DNA from: Escherichia coli
GTDB taxonomy: Bacteria; Pseudomonadota; Gammaproteobacteria; Enterobacterales; Enterobacteriaceae
Assembly (NCBI RefSeq): GCF_013315695.1
Contig: NZ_CP054353.1
DNA length: 64,000 nucleotides
Strand: one strand, 5' to 3'
The translations under genes and the position numbers were made by a program. Positions 1-9,406 of this stretch are shown piece by piece (position 1 is the first letter of the stretch; each line of letters begins with the position of its first letter). The notes below the pieces were generated by a model. That model ran no database searches. It had not been told where the DNA came from and worked only from the letters and a program-made list of their open reading frames with translations.

Positions 1-155
1 CAGGTGCGCAATTGATGACATGGTTCGGCGTGGCTTGCGAGCTGCACCGTGACTGGCGTAATGATATTGAAGGACTGGCGACGTTGTTCTCTAACCACAT
101 TCCTGATTATCGTAATTTGATGACCAGTTATGACACGTTAACGAAGCAGAAATAA
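1..155 (+). CDS. 3' end of an upstream gene (partial, ...NHIPDYRNLMTSYDTLTKQK*), possibly ycaC by synteny
   Basis: Open frame runs off the window start, stop at 153-155; convergent with dmsC as ycaC is in K-12 (synteny from memory). Confidence 0.4.
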   Translation, partial: GAQLMTWFGVACELHRDWRNDIEGLATLFSNHIPDYRNLMTSYDTLTKQK

Positions 156-162
156 AAGAGAA

Positions 163-180
163 CCGGGGCCGAAACCCCGG
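163..180. terminator. bidirectional intrinsic terminator hairpin between convergent genes
   Basis: ccgggg-ccgaaa-ccccgg stem-loop with A-run upstream and T-rich run downstream. Confidence 0.6.
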
Positions 181-190
181 TTGTTACTGA

Positions 191-1054
191 TTAGCTTGCG
201 ACGGCCATCCCCACGGTCATATGCAAACCATAGAATACGCCGCGACCGATTAATTCCCCTGCCAGAAGCAGAATGAATGATACGGAAAGTAGCGGAACCG
301 CAGGCTGATAACCTTTTAGCTGTGGTGCAATCCACAAGCACAGGGCAACGGCCAAAAGCACAATCCGCCAGGACATCAGCGCACCATAGTCCGGCACCAG
401 CGCTGCGGCCTGCTGCACAGAGCTATGAATAGTCGCCAGCTCTGCGCCCTGCATCACTGACATCACGCCACTCACTACCAGTGCCAGAACAGAAATGGCT
501 GGCAGCAGACGCATCGCCCAGCCATCGACGCCAGCCAGACTCAGCAACAGGTAACCCAGTAACGGGCCGCCCATAAACATCGTCAGGAAGAAGCCCGTCG
601 GTGTCCAGATGCTGTACCAGGTGGGTACTGTATCGATGCTGTTATACACACGCACCATCATCCAGACAAAGACTGCGCCAAGAACCATCGTCACCACCAG
701 CCAAAGCGTACGCAATGCCGGTGAAAGCTTTTTCAGCATTGCCAGCAACCAGCCGATGCCACCAACAGCAAAAAAGATCGAACCGCTGGCGATTTCGTTA
801 CTGAGTGCTGAAGCCCCTACCCGATTGAGCGAGTTAAAAGCGCGCATCGGTGAACCAAGATGAAGCATAGAGGCGATAAAGCCAATGCCCATCAGCACCC
901 ATAAACCCAACATGCAGGCAATAACACGCTGCTGGGCTTCTGCTCGCAGGTCGCCTTTGAGCAGCGCCAAAGCCAGAACGATAAAACCCCCCGCTACACA
1001 TTGCCCGAAGACCGTGAAGATCATCAGCGGCCATTCATGCCATCCACTTCCCAT
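191..1054 (-). CDS. dmsC: DMSO reductase membrane anchor subunit DmsC
   Basis: 287-aa hydrophobic protein starting MGSGWHEWPLMIF with RBS; ORF-track frame 191..1117 trimmed to the ATG; follows dmsAB. Confidence 0.9.
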   Translation of the reverse strand: MGSGWHEWPLMIFTVFGQCVAGGFIVLALALLKGDLRAEAQQRVIACMLGLWVLMGIGFIASMLHLGSPMRAFNSLNRVGASALSNEIASGSIFFAVGGIGWLLAMLKKLSPALRTLWLVVTMVLGAVFVWMMVRVYNSIDTVPTWYSIWTPTGFFLTMFMGGPLLGYLLLSLAGVDGWAMRLLPAISVLALVVSGVMSVMQGAELATIHSSVQQAAALVPDYGALMSWRIVLLAVALCLWIAPQLKGYQPAVPLLSVSFILLLAGELIGRGVFYGLHMTVGMAVAS

Positions 1055-1055
1055 C

Positions 1056-1673
1056 TCACACCTCCTTCGGGTTTGCCAGATAGCCAGTGGTATCCCCGGT
1101 CGGGCGGCTGTTGGCATTGGGTTTGATCACAATATTCGGTTTGGTAAAGTGAGCTCGCGGCAACGGCGCAACGGCCGCCAGATCGCCATGTTTTTTACGC
1201 AGCTCGTCGATAGGGCCGAAATCCAGCGCCCGCAGCGGGCAAGATTCAACACAGATCGGCTTTTTCCCCTCCGCAACACGGTCATAACAACCATCGCATT
1301 TGGTCATATGGCCTTTCGTTTCGTTATATTGCGGTGCGCCATACGGGCAAGCCATATGGCAGTAGCGGCAGCCAATGCACACATCTTCATCGACCACAAC
1401 AAAACCATCTTCACGTTTATGCATCGCACCGCTCGGGCAGACTTTAGTACAAGCCGGATCTTCGCAGTGGTTACATGAAATCGACAGATAGTAGGCAAAC
1501 ACGTTCTGGTGCCAGACACCGTTATCTTCCTGCCAGTCGCCGCCAGCATATTCATAAATGCGGCGGAAACTGACTTCTGGCGTCAAATCTTTGTAGTCTT
1601 TACAGGCCAGCTCGCAGGTTTTGCAACCGGTGCAACGGCTGGAATCAATAAAAAATCCATACTGGGTTGTCAT
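1056..1673 (-). CDS. dmsB: DMSO reductase iron-sulfur subunit DmsB
   Basis: 205 aa, MTTQYGFFIDSSRCTGCKTCELACKD with four ferredoxin-type Cys clusters. Confidence 0.93.
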   Translation of the reverse strand: MTTQYGFFIDSSRCTGCKTCELACKDYKDLTPEVSFRRIYEYAGGDWQEDNGVWHQNVFAYYLSISCNHCEDPACTKVCPSGAMHKREDGFVVVDEDVCIGCRYCHMACPYGAPQYNETKGHMTKCDGCYDRVAEGKKPICVESCPLRALDFGPIDELRKKHGDLAAVAPLPRAHFTKPNIVIKPNANSRPTGDTTGYLANPKEV

Positions 1674-1683
1674 CGGTTACTCC

Positions 1684-4128
1684 TTACACCTTTTCAACCT
1701 GAACAAGGTTTGTATGTGACGGATTCCCCTTAGCGAGAGGAGACGGACGTTGAGTGGTCAGTACGTTGATACAACCGCCCTTATCGACACGTTTTGTATC
1801 CGGGTCATACCAGGCACCTTCACCCAGTGCGACCACACCCGGCATCATTCGTGGCGTCACTTTCGCCTCAATATGAACCTCACCACGATCGTTAAAAATC
1901 CTGACTTTATCGCCGTTGTTGATACCGCGTTTTTGCGCATCAAGCGGGTTGATCCACATTTCCTGACGGCAAGCTGCTTTCAGCACATCAACGTTGCCGT
2001 AAGTTGAGTGAACGCGAGATTTATAGTGGAAACCCGTAAGCTGCAGCGGATACTGTTTGTTCAGCGGATCCTGATAACTTTCAAAGCCCGGCGTGTAGAT
2101 CGGCAGTGGATCGATCACATCACCTTCTGGCAATTCCCAGGTCGCGGCAATGTCAGCCAGCGCCTGCGAATAAATCTCAATTTTCCCCGATGGCGTGGTC
2201 AGTGGATTTGCCTGCGGATCTTCACGGAAAGCTTTATAAGCAACGTGATGCCCTTGTGGGTCGCGCTTTTTAAAGATCCCCTGCTTACGGAACTCTTCAA
2301 ACGTTGGCAGTTCAGGAATCGCTTCCCGCGACTGGGCATACAGATGCCGCATCCACTCTTCCTGGGTACGGCCCTCAGTAAACTGTTGCTCAACGCCAAG
2401 ACGTTTTGCCAGTTCGCTGGTCATTTCATAGATGGTCTTACATTCAAAGCGTGGTTTAATCACCTGATCGTTGAAAATCACGTAAGACATATTCCCGCAG
2501 GATGCATCCAGCGCAAAGTCCATCTGTTCGGAAGCGGTGCAGTCAGGCAGCAGGATGTCAGCGTATTTCGCCGATGAGGTCATGTGGCAGTCGATAACCA
2601 CAATCAGCTCGCACTTCTTATCATCCTGAAGGATTTCATGGGTACGGTTGATTTCAGAATGCTGATTAATCAGGCAGTTACCGGCATAGTTCCAGATCAT
2701 TTTGATCGGCACATCCAGCTTATCTTTCCCGCGCACACCATCACGCAGCGCTGTCATTTCCGGGCCACGTTCAATGGCATCGGTCCACATAAACATCGAA
2801 ATGCTGGTCTGGATCGGGTTTTCGAGGGTCGGCATACGGACAAACGGTAAGCTGTATGAACCTTCACGCGCGCCGCTGTTGCCTCCGTTAATACCAACGT
2901 TACCGGTCAGAATCGCCAGCATCGAGATAGCACGGGTTGCGATTTCACCGTTAGCGTGACGCTGCGGGCCCCATCCCTGGCTGATAAACGCCGGTTTGGT
3001 ACTACCGATTTCACGAGCCAATTTGATGATTTTGTCTGCCGGAACACCAGTGATTTGCGAGGCCCATTCCGGCGTTTTAGCCACGCCATCTGGCCCTTCA
3101 CCCAGAATATAAGCTTTATAGTGACCATTTTTCGGCGCACTGGCTGGCAGTGTTTTCTCGTCGTAGCCAACGCAATATTTATCGAGGAATGCCTGATCCA
3201 CCAGGTTTTCGGTGATCATGACATACGCCAGACCGTTAACCAGTGCGGCATCTGTTCCCGGACGAATAGGGATCCACTCATCTTCGCGCCCGGCACCGGT
3301 GTCGGTATAGCGCGGATCGATGATGATCATGCGAGCATTAGATTTCTGGCGCGCCTGTTCAAGATAGTAAGTCACCCCACCGCCACTCATTCGCGTTTCG
3401 CCAGGGTTATTACCAAACAGCACTACCAGTTTACTGTTTTCGATATCCGACGGGCTGTTACCATCTGCCCAGCCGCCGTAGGTATAGTTCAAACCTTCCG
3501 CAATTTGCGCGGAAGAGTAGTCACCGTAATGGTTCAGATAACCGCCGCAGCAGTTCATCAGGCGAGCGACCAGGGTATTTCCCGGCGGCCAGGAGCGGGT
3601 CATGGTGCCGCCCAGCGTACCGGTACCATAGTTCAGATAGATAGACTCGTTGCCGTACTCTTTGATCAGGCGCTGCATATTGGTCGCGATGATGTCGTAG
3701 GCTTCTTCCCAGCTAATGCGCTCGAATTTGCCTTCACCGCGCGCCCCGACTCGTTTCATCGGATATTTCAGGCGGTCCGGATTGTAGACACGGCGACGCA
3801 TGGAACGCCCACGCAGACAGGCGCGCACCTGGTGCAGGCCGTCATAGTTGTCATCGCCGGTATTATCCGTTTCAACATATTTAATTTCACCGTCCACAAC
3901 GTGCATACGTAGCGGGCAGCGGCTACCACAGTTAACTGTACAGGCGCTCCAGATTACCTTTTCGTCTGACTTTGCCGGAAGGGCACTATCAACAGCGTGC
4001 GCAATCCGACTAAAAGGTAATGTTAATGCGCTGCTGGCCATTGCCAGGCCGCCGATCGCTGTCGTTTTTACCAAACCACGGCGACTCACCTCAGCAGCCA
4101 ATACCGCATCAGGGATTTTCGTTTTCAT
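1684..4128 (-). CDS. dmsA: DMSO reductase catalytic subunit DmsA (molybdopterin oxidoreductase, Tat signal)
   Basis: 814 aa, N-terminal twin-arginine signal (SRRGLVKTTAIGGLAMA), molybdopterin oxidoreductase motifs. Confidence 0.95.
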   Translation of the reverse strand: MKTKIPDAVLAAEVSRRGLVKTTAIGGLAMASSALTLPFSRIAHAVDSALPAKSDEKVIWSACTVNCGSRCPLRMHVVDGEIKYVETDNTGDDNYDGLHQVRACLRGRSMRRRVYNPDRLKYPMKRVGARGEGKFERISWEEAYDIIATNMQRLIKEYGNESIYLNYGTGTLGGTMTRSWPPGNTLVARLMNCCGGYLNHYGDYSSAQIAEGLNYTYGGWADGNSPSDIENSKLVVLFGNNPGETRMSGGGVTYYLEQARQKSNARMIIIDPRYTDTGAGREDEWIPIRPGTDAALVNGLAYVMITENLVDQAFLDKYCVGYDEKTLPASAPKNGHYKAYILGEGPDGVAKTPEWASQITGVPADKIIKLAREIGSTKPAFISQGWGPQRHANGEIATRAISMLAILTGNVGINGGNSGAREGSYSLPFVRMPTLENPIQTSISMFMWTDAIERGPEMTALRDGVRGKDKLDVPIKMIWNYAGNCLINQHSEINRTHEILQDDKKCELIVVIDCHMTSSAKYADILLPDCTASEQMDFALDASCGNMSYVIFNDQVIKPRFECKTIYEMTSELAKRLGVEQQFTEGRTQEEWMRHLYAQSREAIPELPTFEEFRKQGIFKKRDPQGHHVAYKAFREDPQANPLTTPSGKIEIYSQALADIAATWELPEGDVIDPLPIYTPGFESYQDPLNKQYPLQLTGFHYKSRVHSTYGNVDVLKAACRQEMWINPLDAQKRGINNGDKVRIFNDRGEVHIEAKVTPRMMPGVVALGEGAWYDPDTKRVDKGGCINVLTTQRPSPLAKGNPSHTNLVQVEKV

Positions 4129-4298
4129 AATGGCTCACTCAAGCTTGCTCACGATTGATTCCAGTAACAAACCGTATTGTGTAATTATTTCTATAGCAGG
4201 TCGCTATATAGGATTGTATATATCGAATAATTTGAAAATCAAAGAGATAGGTAGATTTTCACTCGAAAGTAGTATTACGTGTAAGTGAGGAGTAATTA

Positions 4299-4312
4299 TT
4301 GTTCGGTATCAA
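4299..4312 (-). promoter_or_regulatory. FNR-type binding site upstream of dmsA (TTGATaccgAACAA on minus strand)
   Basis: Matches TTGAT-N4-ATCAA-like FNR consensus about 170 bp upstream of the dmsA start; dmsABC is FNR-activated (established). Confidence 0.6.
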
Positions 4313-4322
4313 AGGGAGACAA

Positions 4323-4338
4323 AAAAAGCGCCCGCAGG
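4323..4338. repeat. attL core: 16-bp direct repeat aaaaagcgcccgcagg
   Basis: Identical 16-mer at 43150-43165 next to the serS terminator; brackets the prophage with integrase adjacent. Confidence 0.65.
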
Positions 4339-4427
4339 AGATTTAACACACCTTACTCCCCTTGATGATTTACTTATTTTTCAATGACTAAATCAAAACA
4401 AGGGGAGCAAATTAACGCAAATTACAA

Positions 4428-5420
4428 CTAGTCAATGGACAGTTTATGGACACTATCAGCCAGCGGATTAAAGCTAATCGCATCCTGTAAAAAGTCCGGT
4501 GAAAAATGCGCATACGTCATCGTTTGTTGAATCGTGGCGTGCCCAAGGATTCGCTGTAACGTAACGATATTTCCGCCGTTCATCATGAAATGCGTGGCGA
4601 ACGTGTGACGCATAACGTGAGTCGCCTGACCTTTGGGTAAATCCGGTTTCACCTCCTGAAGGATATCCCGAAAACGGATGTAATCAGCCTGGTACAATAG
4701 CCCGGTTTTTCGGGTTTTTATCAACGAAAGCACCGTATCAGAAACAGGAACCGCGCGGGATTTTCCATTCTTTGTGTTAAAGAACATTACGCGGTTACCA
4801 ACGATATGCTCACCACGTAAGCCAGCTGCTTCCCCCCACCTTGCGCCAGTGGAAAGACACAGAACAGCAACACGACGCGCATCCCCCTCGAGTCGTTCAA
4901 GCAGCCGATCAATCTCATCATCTGAAAGAAAGGCCATTTCTGTATTCCTGACCTTGAGCTTACGTATTCCACGCACCGGGTTTTCGTTATGGAAAACCTC
5001 CGCATCAATCAACGCAGTAAACATTGCAGACAAGGCGCACAAATCACGATTAACACTGGAGGGCATTAATCCGGCCTGTAATTTGTCTGAACGATACCCG
5101 AGCATAAACTTTCGCGTCATCTCACTGGCGCGGGGGTCCCTCATCTCACGGTTTATTTTTTCCAGCCTGACCCTGTAAGTATCCCCGTAAGGCTGATTCC
5201 GGCCATCAAGCACCCACCAGGCATCTATCAGTTCGGATAACCGACGCTGATCAGCTGGCTTGGCCTGCCACGGTTTATCGTGGAAATTCTGCAAAACATA
5301 CCTTTCAAACTCCTGTGCCTTTGACTTCAGGGTAAAAATCTTACGGATCCGCTTTCCTTCCGTCCCTTGCGGTCTTACATCAACCTTATAACGCCCGTCT
5401 TTGAGTTGCTTAATCGACAT
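4428..5420 (-). CDS. int: tyrosine integrase, P2 Int-like
   Basis: 330 aa from ATG with GGAGGGG RBS; strong similarity to P2 Int as recalled (LSTGARWGEAA, HxLRHTFATHF, GHATIQQTMTYAHF). Confidence 0.92.
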   Translation of the reverse strand: MSIKQLKDGRYKVDVRPQGTEGKRIRKIFTLKSKAQEFERYVLQNFHDKPWQAKPADQRRLSELIDAWWVLDGRNQPYGDTYRVRLEKINREMRDPRASEMTRKFMLGYRSDKLQAGLMPSSVNRDLCALSAMFTALIDAEVFHNENPVRGIRKLKVRNTEMAFLSDDEIDRLLERLEGDARRVAVLCLSTGARWGEAAGLRGEHIVGNRVMFFNTKNGKSRAVPVSDTVLSLIKTRKTGLLYQADYIRFRDILQEVKPDLPKGQATHVMRHTFATHFMMNGGNIVTLQRILGHATIQQTMTYAHFSPDFLQDAISFNPLADSVHKLSID

Positions 5421-5489
5421 GATTAGCCCCTCCAACGGATGAATCAGCCGTACACTCTCTACGGGATGAAACCCGCTCGATGTACAGCG

Positions 5490-5831
5490 TTAGCCAGCAT
5501 TGCGACGAGATCGGGGTGATTTTTGGGTAATGCCGATTGAAACCTGATCGCCCTCCGACTGAATGGAGCCATCAAGAGAGAGAGCCGGAGCTATCTGACC
5601 GGCAGCAGGCATTGTCTTATCTTTTATTAGCCACATCATGTATTTTTCAAACCGATCAACTTGGAGAACCATCTCAACAATTTTGGCTCTGGCGCTTTTT
5701 TGCCCTGATTCATAGTTCCTTATGGCAGCTAAAGACAACCCCGTAATATCCGCAAATTCCTTTTGCGTTAGCCCTTCAGCCTTGCGTATTTGACGTAGCT
5801 TTTTTGCATAGTCTATTGACAAGATAACCAT
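5490..5831 (-). CDS. immunity repressor, P2 C-like HTH protein
   Basis: HTH (LTQKEFADITGLSLAAIRNYESG) and C-terminal GQIAPAL motif resembling P2 C as recalled; divergent from the early operon. Confidence 0.75.
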   Translation of the reverse strand: MVILSIDYAKKLRQIRKAEGLTQKEFADITGLSLAAIRNYESGQKSARAKIVEMVLQVDRFEKYMMWLIKDKTMPAAGQIAPALSLDGSIQSEGDQVSIGITQKSPRSRRNAG

Positions 5832-5852
5832 TTGAGTATTAACCTCTCGCGA

Positions 5853-5874
5853 AAGATACTCGTGCGAGTATCTT
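5853..5874. promoter_or_regulatory. candidate operator: 22-bp palindrome aagatactcg-tg-cgagtatctt in the C/early-operon divergent region
   Basis: 10-bp perfect inverted arms between divergent repressor and early genes; a related half-site tgagtatt lies at 5833-5840. Confidence 0.45.
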
Positions 5875-5935
5875 TTATAAACCTAAACAAACCTTCATGA
5901 GGCGCGACAAGCGCACCAACGCAAGAGGATAGCAA

Positions 5936-6460
5936 ATGCGGAAGTCAATTGCCGATAAAGAGTTATCTGACACACAAGCCCTTCAGGAAAACGACAGCAT
6001 CACCGAATCCGTTGGCGCGGCAAACGACGATGAACACCAAGAGGAAAAGAAAAAACGCACCTACAAAAAAGGGGCAACCTTGCGACTAGATGGCCCGGTA
6101 GCCGGACTTTGCTCACTTGAAAAAGGGGCAGCCTATATCGGGTTGACAAAAGCTGCATTGCGCGTGGCGCTTCAGCGAAATCAGATGCCTGGACACAAGA
6201 CCCGTTCAAACCCTGAAGATGAAAATTCGGATGGCGTGTGGTGGTTTAACGCCAGAGAGTGGGACAAGCTGGCTGACGAACTACCAGAATGCGAGCCGCC
6301 AGAATGGCACAACTGGAAAAGCTACTGGACATACGACCGACAGAAAAGAAAGTTTTCCCCGGCAAACAAAGAAGACTGCCAGACCATCAATGGAAAGCGG
6401 GTTTACACAGGAAGAAAGTCAAAACTGGAGCAACACCAATACAGTGGAGGCAACCAGTGA
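5936..6460 (+). CDS. first early-operon gene, Cox/excisionase-position protein with putative HTH and long C-terminal extension
   Basis: ATG with AGAGGA RBS; occupies the cox position divergent from C; 174 aa is about twice P2 Cox. Confidence 0.5.
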   Translation: MRKSIADKELSDTQALQENDSITESVGAANDDEHQEEKKKRTYKKGATLRLDGPVAGLCSLEKGAAYIGLTKAALRVALQRNQMPGHKTRSNPEDENSDGVWWFNAREWDKLADELPECEPPEWHNWKSYWTYDRQKRKFSPANKEDCQTINGKRVYTGRKSKLEQHQYSGGNQ

Positions 6461-6544
6461 CATCAAAACAAACCGGCAACAGCGAAATCCCAGGAATGAG
6501 ATTTCGCCGCAGATGCTGTGGAAAATGGTTGTTATGCAAGCAGC

Positions 6545-6955
6545 CTACCAGGCTGATGGATGATCATCATCAATATCAAACACATTTCTGTAAAAACGAG
6601 AATGTTGCAAGGGATGAATAAGCGACCCCCAACAATCATAAATATCAGCCAGTTCGAACACATCGTATGAGAGATGTTGAGCAAACGATTCGGCACCTTC
6701 AAAAGACTCAAACACCTCATCATACAAGTGAATGTTTTCAGGATACGAAAGTGACAAGCAAAAACCAGACGTAGATTCCGTAACCAAGAAGACAAGGTGA
6801 TATTTATCATTCACCAGTGACTGAGCACATTTTTTTACAGAGCGAAGAATCACAGGGGAACGCGCGCCAATACGAAAGAGTTCTGCATGAGCACGGGCAT
6901 CAACAAAACTGTGAAACCCCTCACTTCTTGCAAGCTCACGTTCGGCAGCACGCAA
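6545..6955 (-). CDS. hypothetical protein on the strand opposite the early operon (only non-ATG start available)
   Basis: 136-codon frame fills an otherwise gene-free 540 bp; first codon is TTG and there is no in-frame ATG. Confidence 0.3.
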   Translation of the reverse strand: MRAAERELARSEGFHSFVDARAHAELFRIGARSPVILRSVKKCAQSLVNDKYHLVFLVTESTSGFCLSLSYPENIHLYDEVFESFEGAESFAQHLSYDVFELADIYDCWGSLIHPLQHSRFYRNVFDIDDDHPSAW

Positions 6956-7000
6956 AACCCAAAATCACCGCCCAGATTCGGATGTAAGGATAATTTTCAT

Positions 7001-7264
7001 ATGAATAAAGAGAAATCTCCGGATTATTTTGTGAAACGATTACAGGATGCAACAGAGTCAATGTTGATTGCCCTGAATAATTACTCTTACGAAGAGGCCG
7101 TAACGGTACTTGAGTGGATAAAGGAAAAAATAACGGAAGACAGCATCGTCAAGATGCAGAGTATCAACATCTCCCGTGACAAAACATTTCCACTGCGAAT
7201 ACCGCCAAAACGACGACTGGTTTACTCGATACCAGTCTCAATGCAGTGCAAATTGCCGAAATAG
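7001..7264 (+). CDS. early-operon hypothetical protein (87 aa)
   Basis: ATG at 7001 with AAGGA RBS; ORF-track frame 6887..7264 trimmed. Confidence 0.55.
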   Translation: MNKEKSPDYFVKRLQDATESMLIALNNYSYEEAVTVLEWIKEKITEDSIVKMQSINISRDKTFPLRIPPKRRLVYSIPVSMQCKLPK

Positions 7265-7416
7265 TTTATGAGAAAACATAAATACTCCTTTGTGTGGTTG
7301 GTTATCGTTACAACAGTTCGGGCAAGAATTGCAAGGCGTAACGAAATTACCACAAAACCATGCGCCGGGCATGGCTAAAAACCCGGCACAAATTCACAGC
7401 AGCAGTAGGGATTTTT

Positions 7417-7761
7417 ATGAAGAAACCGGGAAATTTTTCACAGCAGAATTTTCGAACAAGTGCCGAACGCCACGTTGCACGCCAGCACTTCCGCAAAAAT
7501 AGTGCGACCACAACCACTGAAATCCATGCCACACCAGACGGTCACCCGGTAAAACAAACCGGCAAGCACACCTGGACGATTGGCGACACTGGCATCGTTA
7601 TTCACAAAAGTTTTCGCAGCCCTGTTACTGGCAGATTTAATTTCACCCTGACTCGCGGGGATGATTACTTCGGACAGGACTTCACATTTTTTGAAGCCTT
7701 AAGAACGGCAGACAGATTAATCAGCGGCCTGCGTTTTCAATATCCGGGAAGCAAGCACTGA
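7417..7761 (+). CDS. early-operon hypothetical protein (114 aa)
   Basis: ATG at 7417 after AGGGA; ORF-track frame 7360..7761 trimmed. Confidence 0.55.
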   Translation: MKKPGNFSQQNFRTSAERHVARQHFRKNSATTTTEIHATPDGHPVKQTGKHTWTIGDTGIVIHKSFRSPVTGRFNFTLTRGDDYFGQDFTFFEALRTADRLISGLRFQYPGSKH

Positions 7762-7779
7762 TAAATAAAGGATTCAGCC

Positions 7780-8022
7780 ATGATCGAAGCCTACAAAATA
7801 CTTATCAATAACGCGTTGCAACGTTATCACTTTGAACTCGCAAACCGGGGCGTAACTAAGGATGAAAGCCTTCGTAACTCACTGCGCGGCGCAATTATGG
7901 GGCTATACAACTGCGCACTGGGCAGCGATGACCGTGAAGCGCTGGAAGAATTAAAGTCGATTATGACAGAACTGTTTGAAGGTGAAATTGTTGAGCCTTA
8001 CTTCACAGGGGTAGCCGCATGA
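7780..8022 (+). CDS. early-operon hypothetical protein (80 aa)
   Basis: ATG start; stop overlaps the next start (ATGA). Confidence 0.55.
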   Translation: MIEAYKILINNALQRYHFELANRGVTKDESLRNSLRGAIMGLYNCALGSDDREALEELKSIMTELFEGEIVEPYFTGVAA

Positions 8023-8144
8023 GCATATTTCTTTCATGGGTAATTCTGATTATCTCCGTGCTTATGGCAATCGGCATTATGCGAATTATCTACACACTGA
8101 AGGATATCGAATTATTCTTTACCGGCGATAAACGCCGTAAATAA
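8019..8144 (+). CDS. small hydrophobic peptide (41 aa, MSIFLSWVILIISVLMAIGIMRIIYTLKDIELFFTGDKRRK), one predicted TM helix
   Basis: Below the ORF-track cutoff; ATGA-coupled to the upstream gene; single TM segment with basic C-terminus. Confidence 0.45.
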   Translation: MSIFLSWVILIISVLMAIGIMRIIYTLKDIELFFTGDKRRK

Positions 8145-8156
8145 AGCGAAAACCTT

Positions 8157-8252
8157 ATGAAGAATGTAAAAGCAATACTCACCATCGCCACTGTATGGGT
8201 GATATTTCAGGTGAGTGCGCTTATCTGGTTAGCCCTGAAGATCTGGGAATAA
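8157..8252 (+). CDS. small hydrophobic peptide (31 aa, MKNVKAILTIATVWVIFQVSALIWLALKIWE)
   Basis: Found by manual translation, 12 bp after the previous peptide; single TM segment; weak RBS. Confidence 0.35.
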   Translation: MKNVKAILTIATVWVIFQVSALIWLALKIWE

Positions 8253-8357
8253 CCTGAAGCCGAAAGCAGGCGCGGAATAACACCAGAAAACACACGAGCA
8301 ATTAATTAAGGCATTCATGCCTTCGGGTTCCCTTTGTCTTTTTTCAGGAGTCAACAA

Positions 8358-8588
8358 ATGAGAACAGCCGAATCACCCGGCAGAAAAATAACCGCCAGAC
8401 CAGCTAACCATCATGCACATATCAGCATTGCCGCAAGAAAAGCCGAGCGTGCGCATATCTGCGAATTGCTGCATGACCTGGTTAACACAGCGAGAGAGAA
8501 GCACACCTCCCCGGAGGAAACCTGTTCATCCATTGAACGACTGATTGCAATACTCGCCAACCCAGACGAACTGAAGGGGTGCGCATAA
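8358..8588 (+). CDS. early-operon hypothetical protein (76 aa)
   Basis: ATG at 8358 with AGGAG RBS; stop overlaps the exonuclease start (TAATG). Confidence 0.55.
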   Translation: MRTAESPGRKITARPANHHAHISIAARKAERAHICELLHDLVNTAREKHTSPEETCSSIERLIAILANPDELKGCA

Positions 8589-9169
8589 TGAACCATCTCA
8601 TGATTGACACCGAAACACTGGGTAACGGACCGGACGCAGCCATATTCACGATTGGGGCGGTGTTTTTCGACCCGTTCACCGGAAAGCTGGGCAAGCAGTT
8701 TGAGAAATTCATCGACCCGGTGGATTCAGAACGCAACGGCGGAACCGTCAATGCAGCCACCGCTGTATGGTGGGCCGGACAATCCGTGGAAGCCAGAGCC
8801 TGCCTGCGCAACGCAGATGGAACAGAGCTGGCAGCAGTGACCGAATTTCTGGCGTTCATTTCACGCAATATGCATGACGAAAGCCCGGGCAATTCACTGA
8901 ACATATGGTGTAAGGGCGCATCCTTCGATTTCCCGATCCTGAAATCCGCCATAACACGCACAGCCGGAGAAAAAAGCATCCCCTGGTGCTACTGGAACGA
9001 GCGCTGTATGCGCCCGCTTATCGCCATGGCTGAATCAACTGGATGGAAAATGCCAGGCAGATCAGGCAAAGAGACCATTGCTCACACCGCGCTGGGCGAC
9101 GCCGTTTACCAGGCAAAGGTCGTGTCAGAAATCTGGCAGCGCTTCACAACACCATTCCTGAACATATGA
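8588..9169 (+). CDS. 3'-5' exonuclease, DEDD (DnaQ-like) family
   Basis: 193 aa; MIDTETLG (Exo I D-x-E) and HTALGDA (Exo III) motifs. Confidence 0.75.
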   Translation: MNHLMIDTETLGNGPDAAIFTIGAVFFDPFTGKLGKQFEKFIDPVDSERNGGTVNAATAVWWAGQSVEARACLRNADGTELAAVTEFLAFISRNMHDESPGNSLNIWCKGASFDFPILKSAITRTAGEKSIPWCYWNERCMRPLIAMAESTGWKMPGRSGKETIAHTALGDAVYQAKVVSEIWQRFTTPFLNI

Positions 9170-9178
9170 GGTGAAGCC

Positions 9179-9406
9179 ATGGTCGCCATCCTGAATGTGT
9201 GTTGCTGCCCCCCCCTGAACGTGGAAAGAAAAGCCCGCGCATCGCTGCGTTTATTCCGCGACGGCGTGCGGAATTTTTCACGCATAAAACCCCACGACTA
9301 CCTGGTAATAAGAATCGGTTTTCGCTGGCGATTGCTGAGCAAAAACAACGGGGCGTCATGGGATTTATTAACGCACGAAACCTATAACAAAGAGGCCGCG
9401 TTATGA
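9179..9406 (+). CDS. hypothetical small protein (75 aa) between exonuclease and Dam
   Basis: ATG with GAGGTG RBS; stop overlaps the dam start (ATGA); odd composition (CCCPP). Confidence 0.35.
   Translation: MVAILNVCCCPPLNVERKARASLRLFRDGVRNFSRIKPHDYLVIRIGFRWRLLSKNNGASWDLLTHETYNKEAAL

Noticed and set aside
1750-4288. Multiple plus-strand ORFs (85-318 aa) overlapping dmsA
   Set aside because: All lie antisense within the well-supported dmsA frame and lack start context; typical shadow ORFs of a GC-rich gene.
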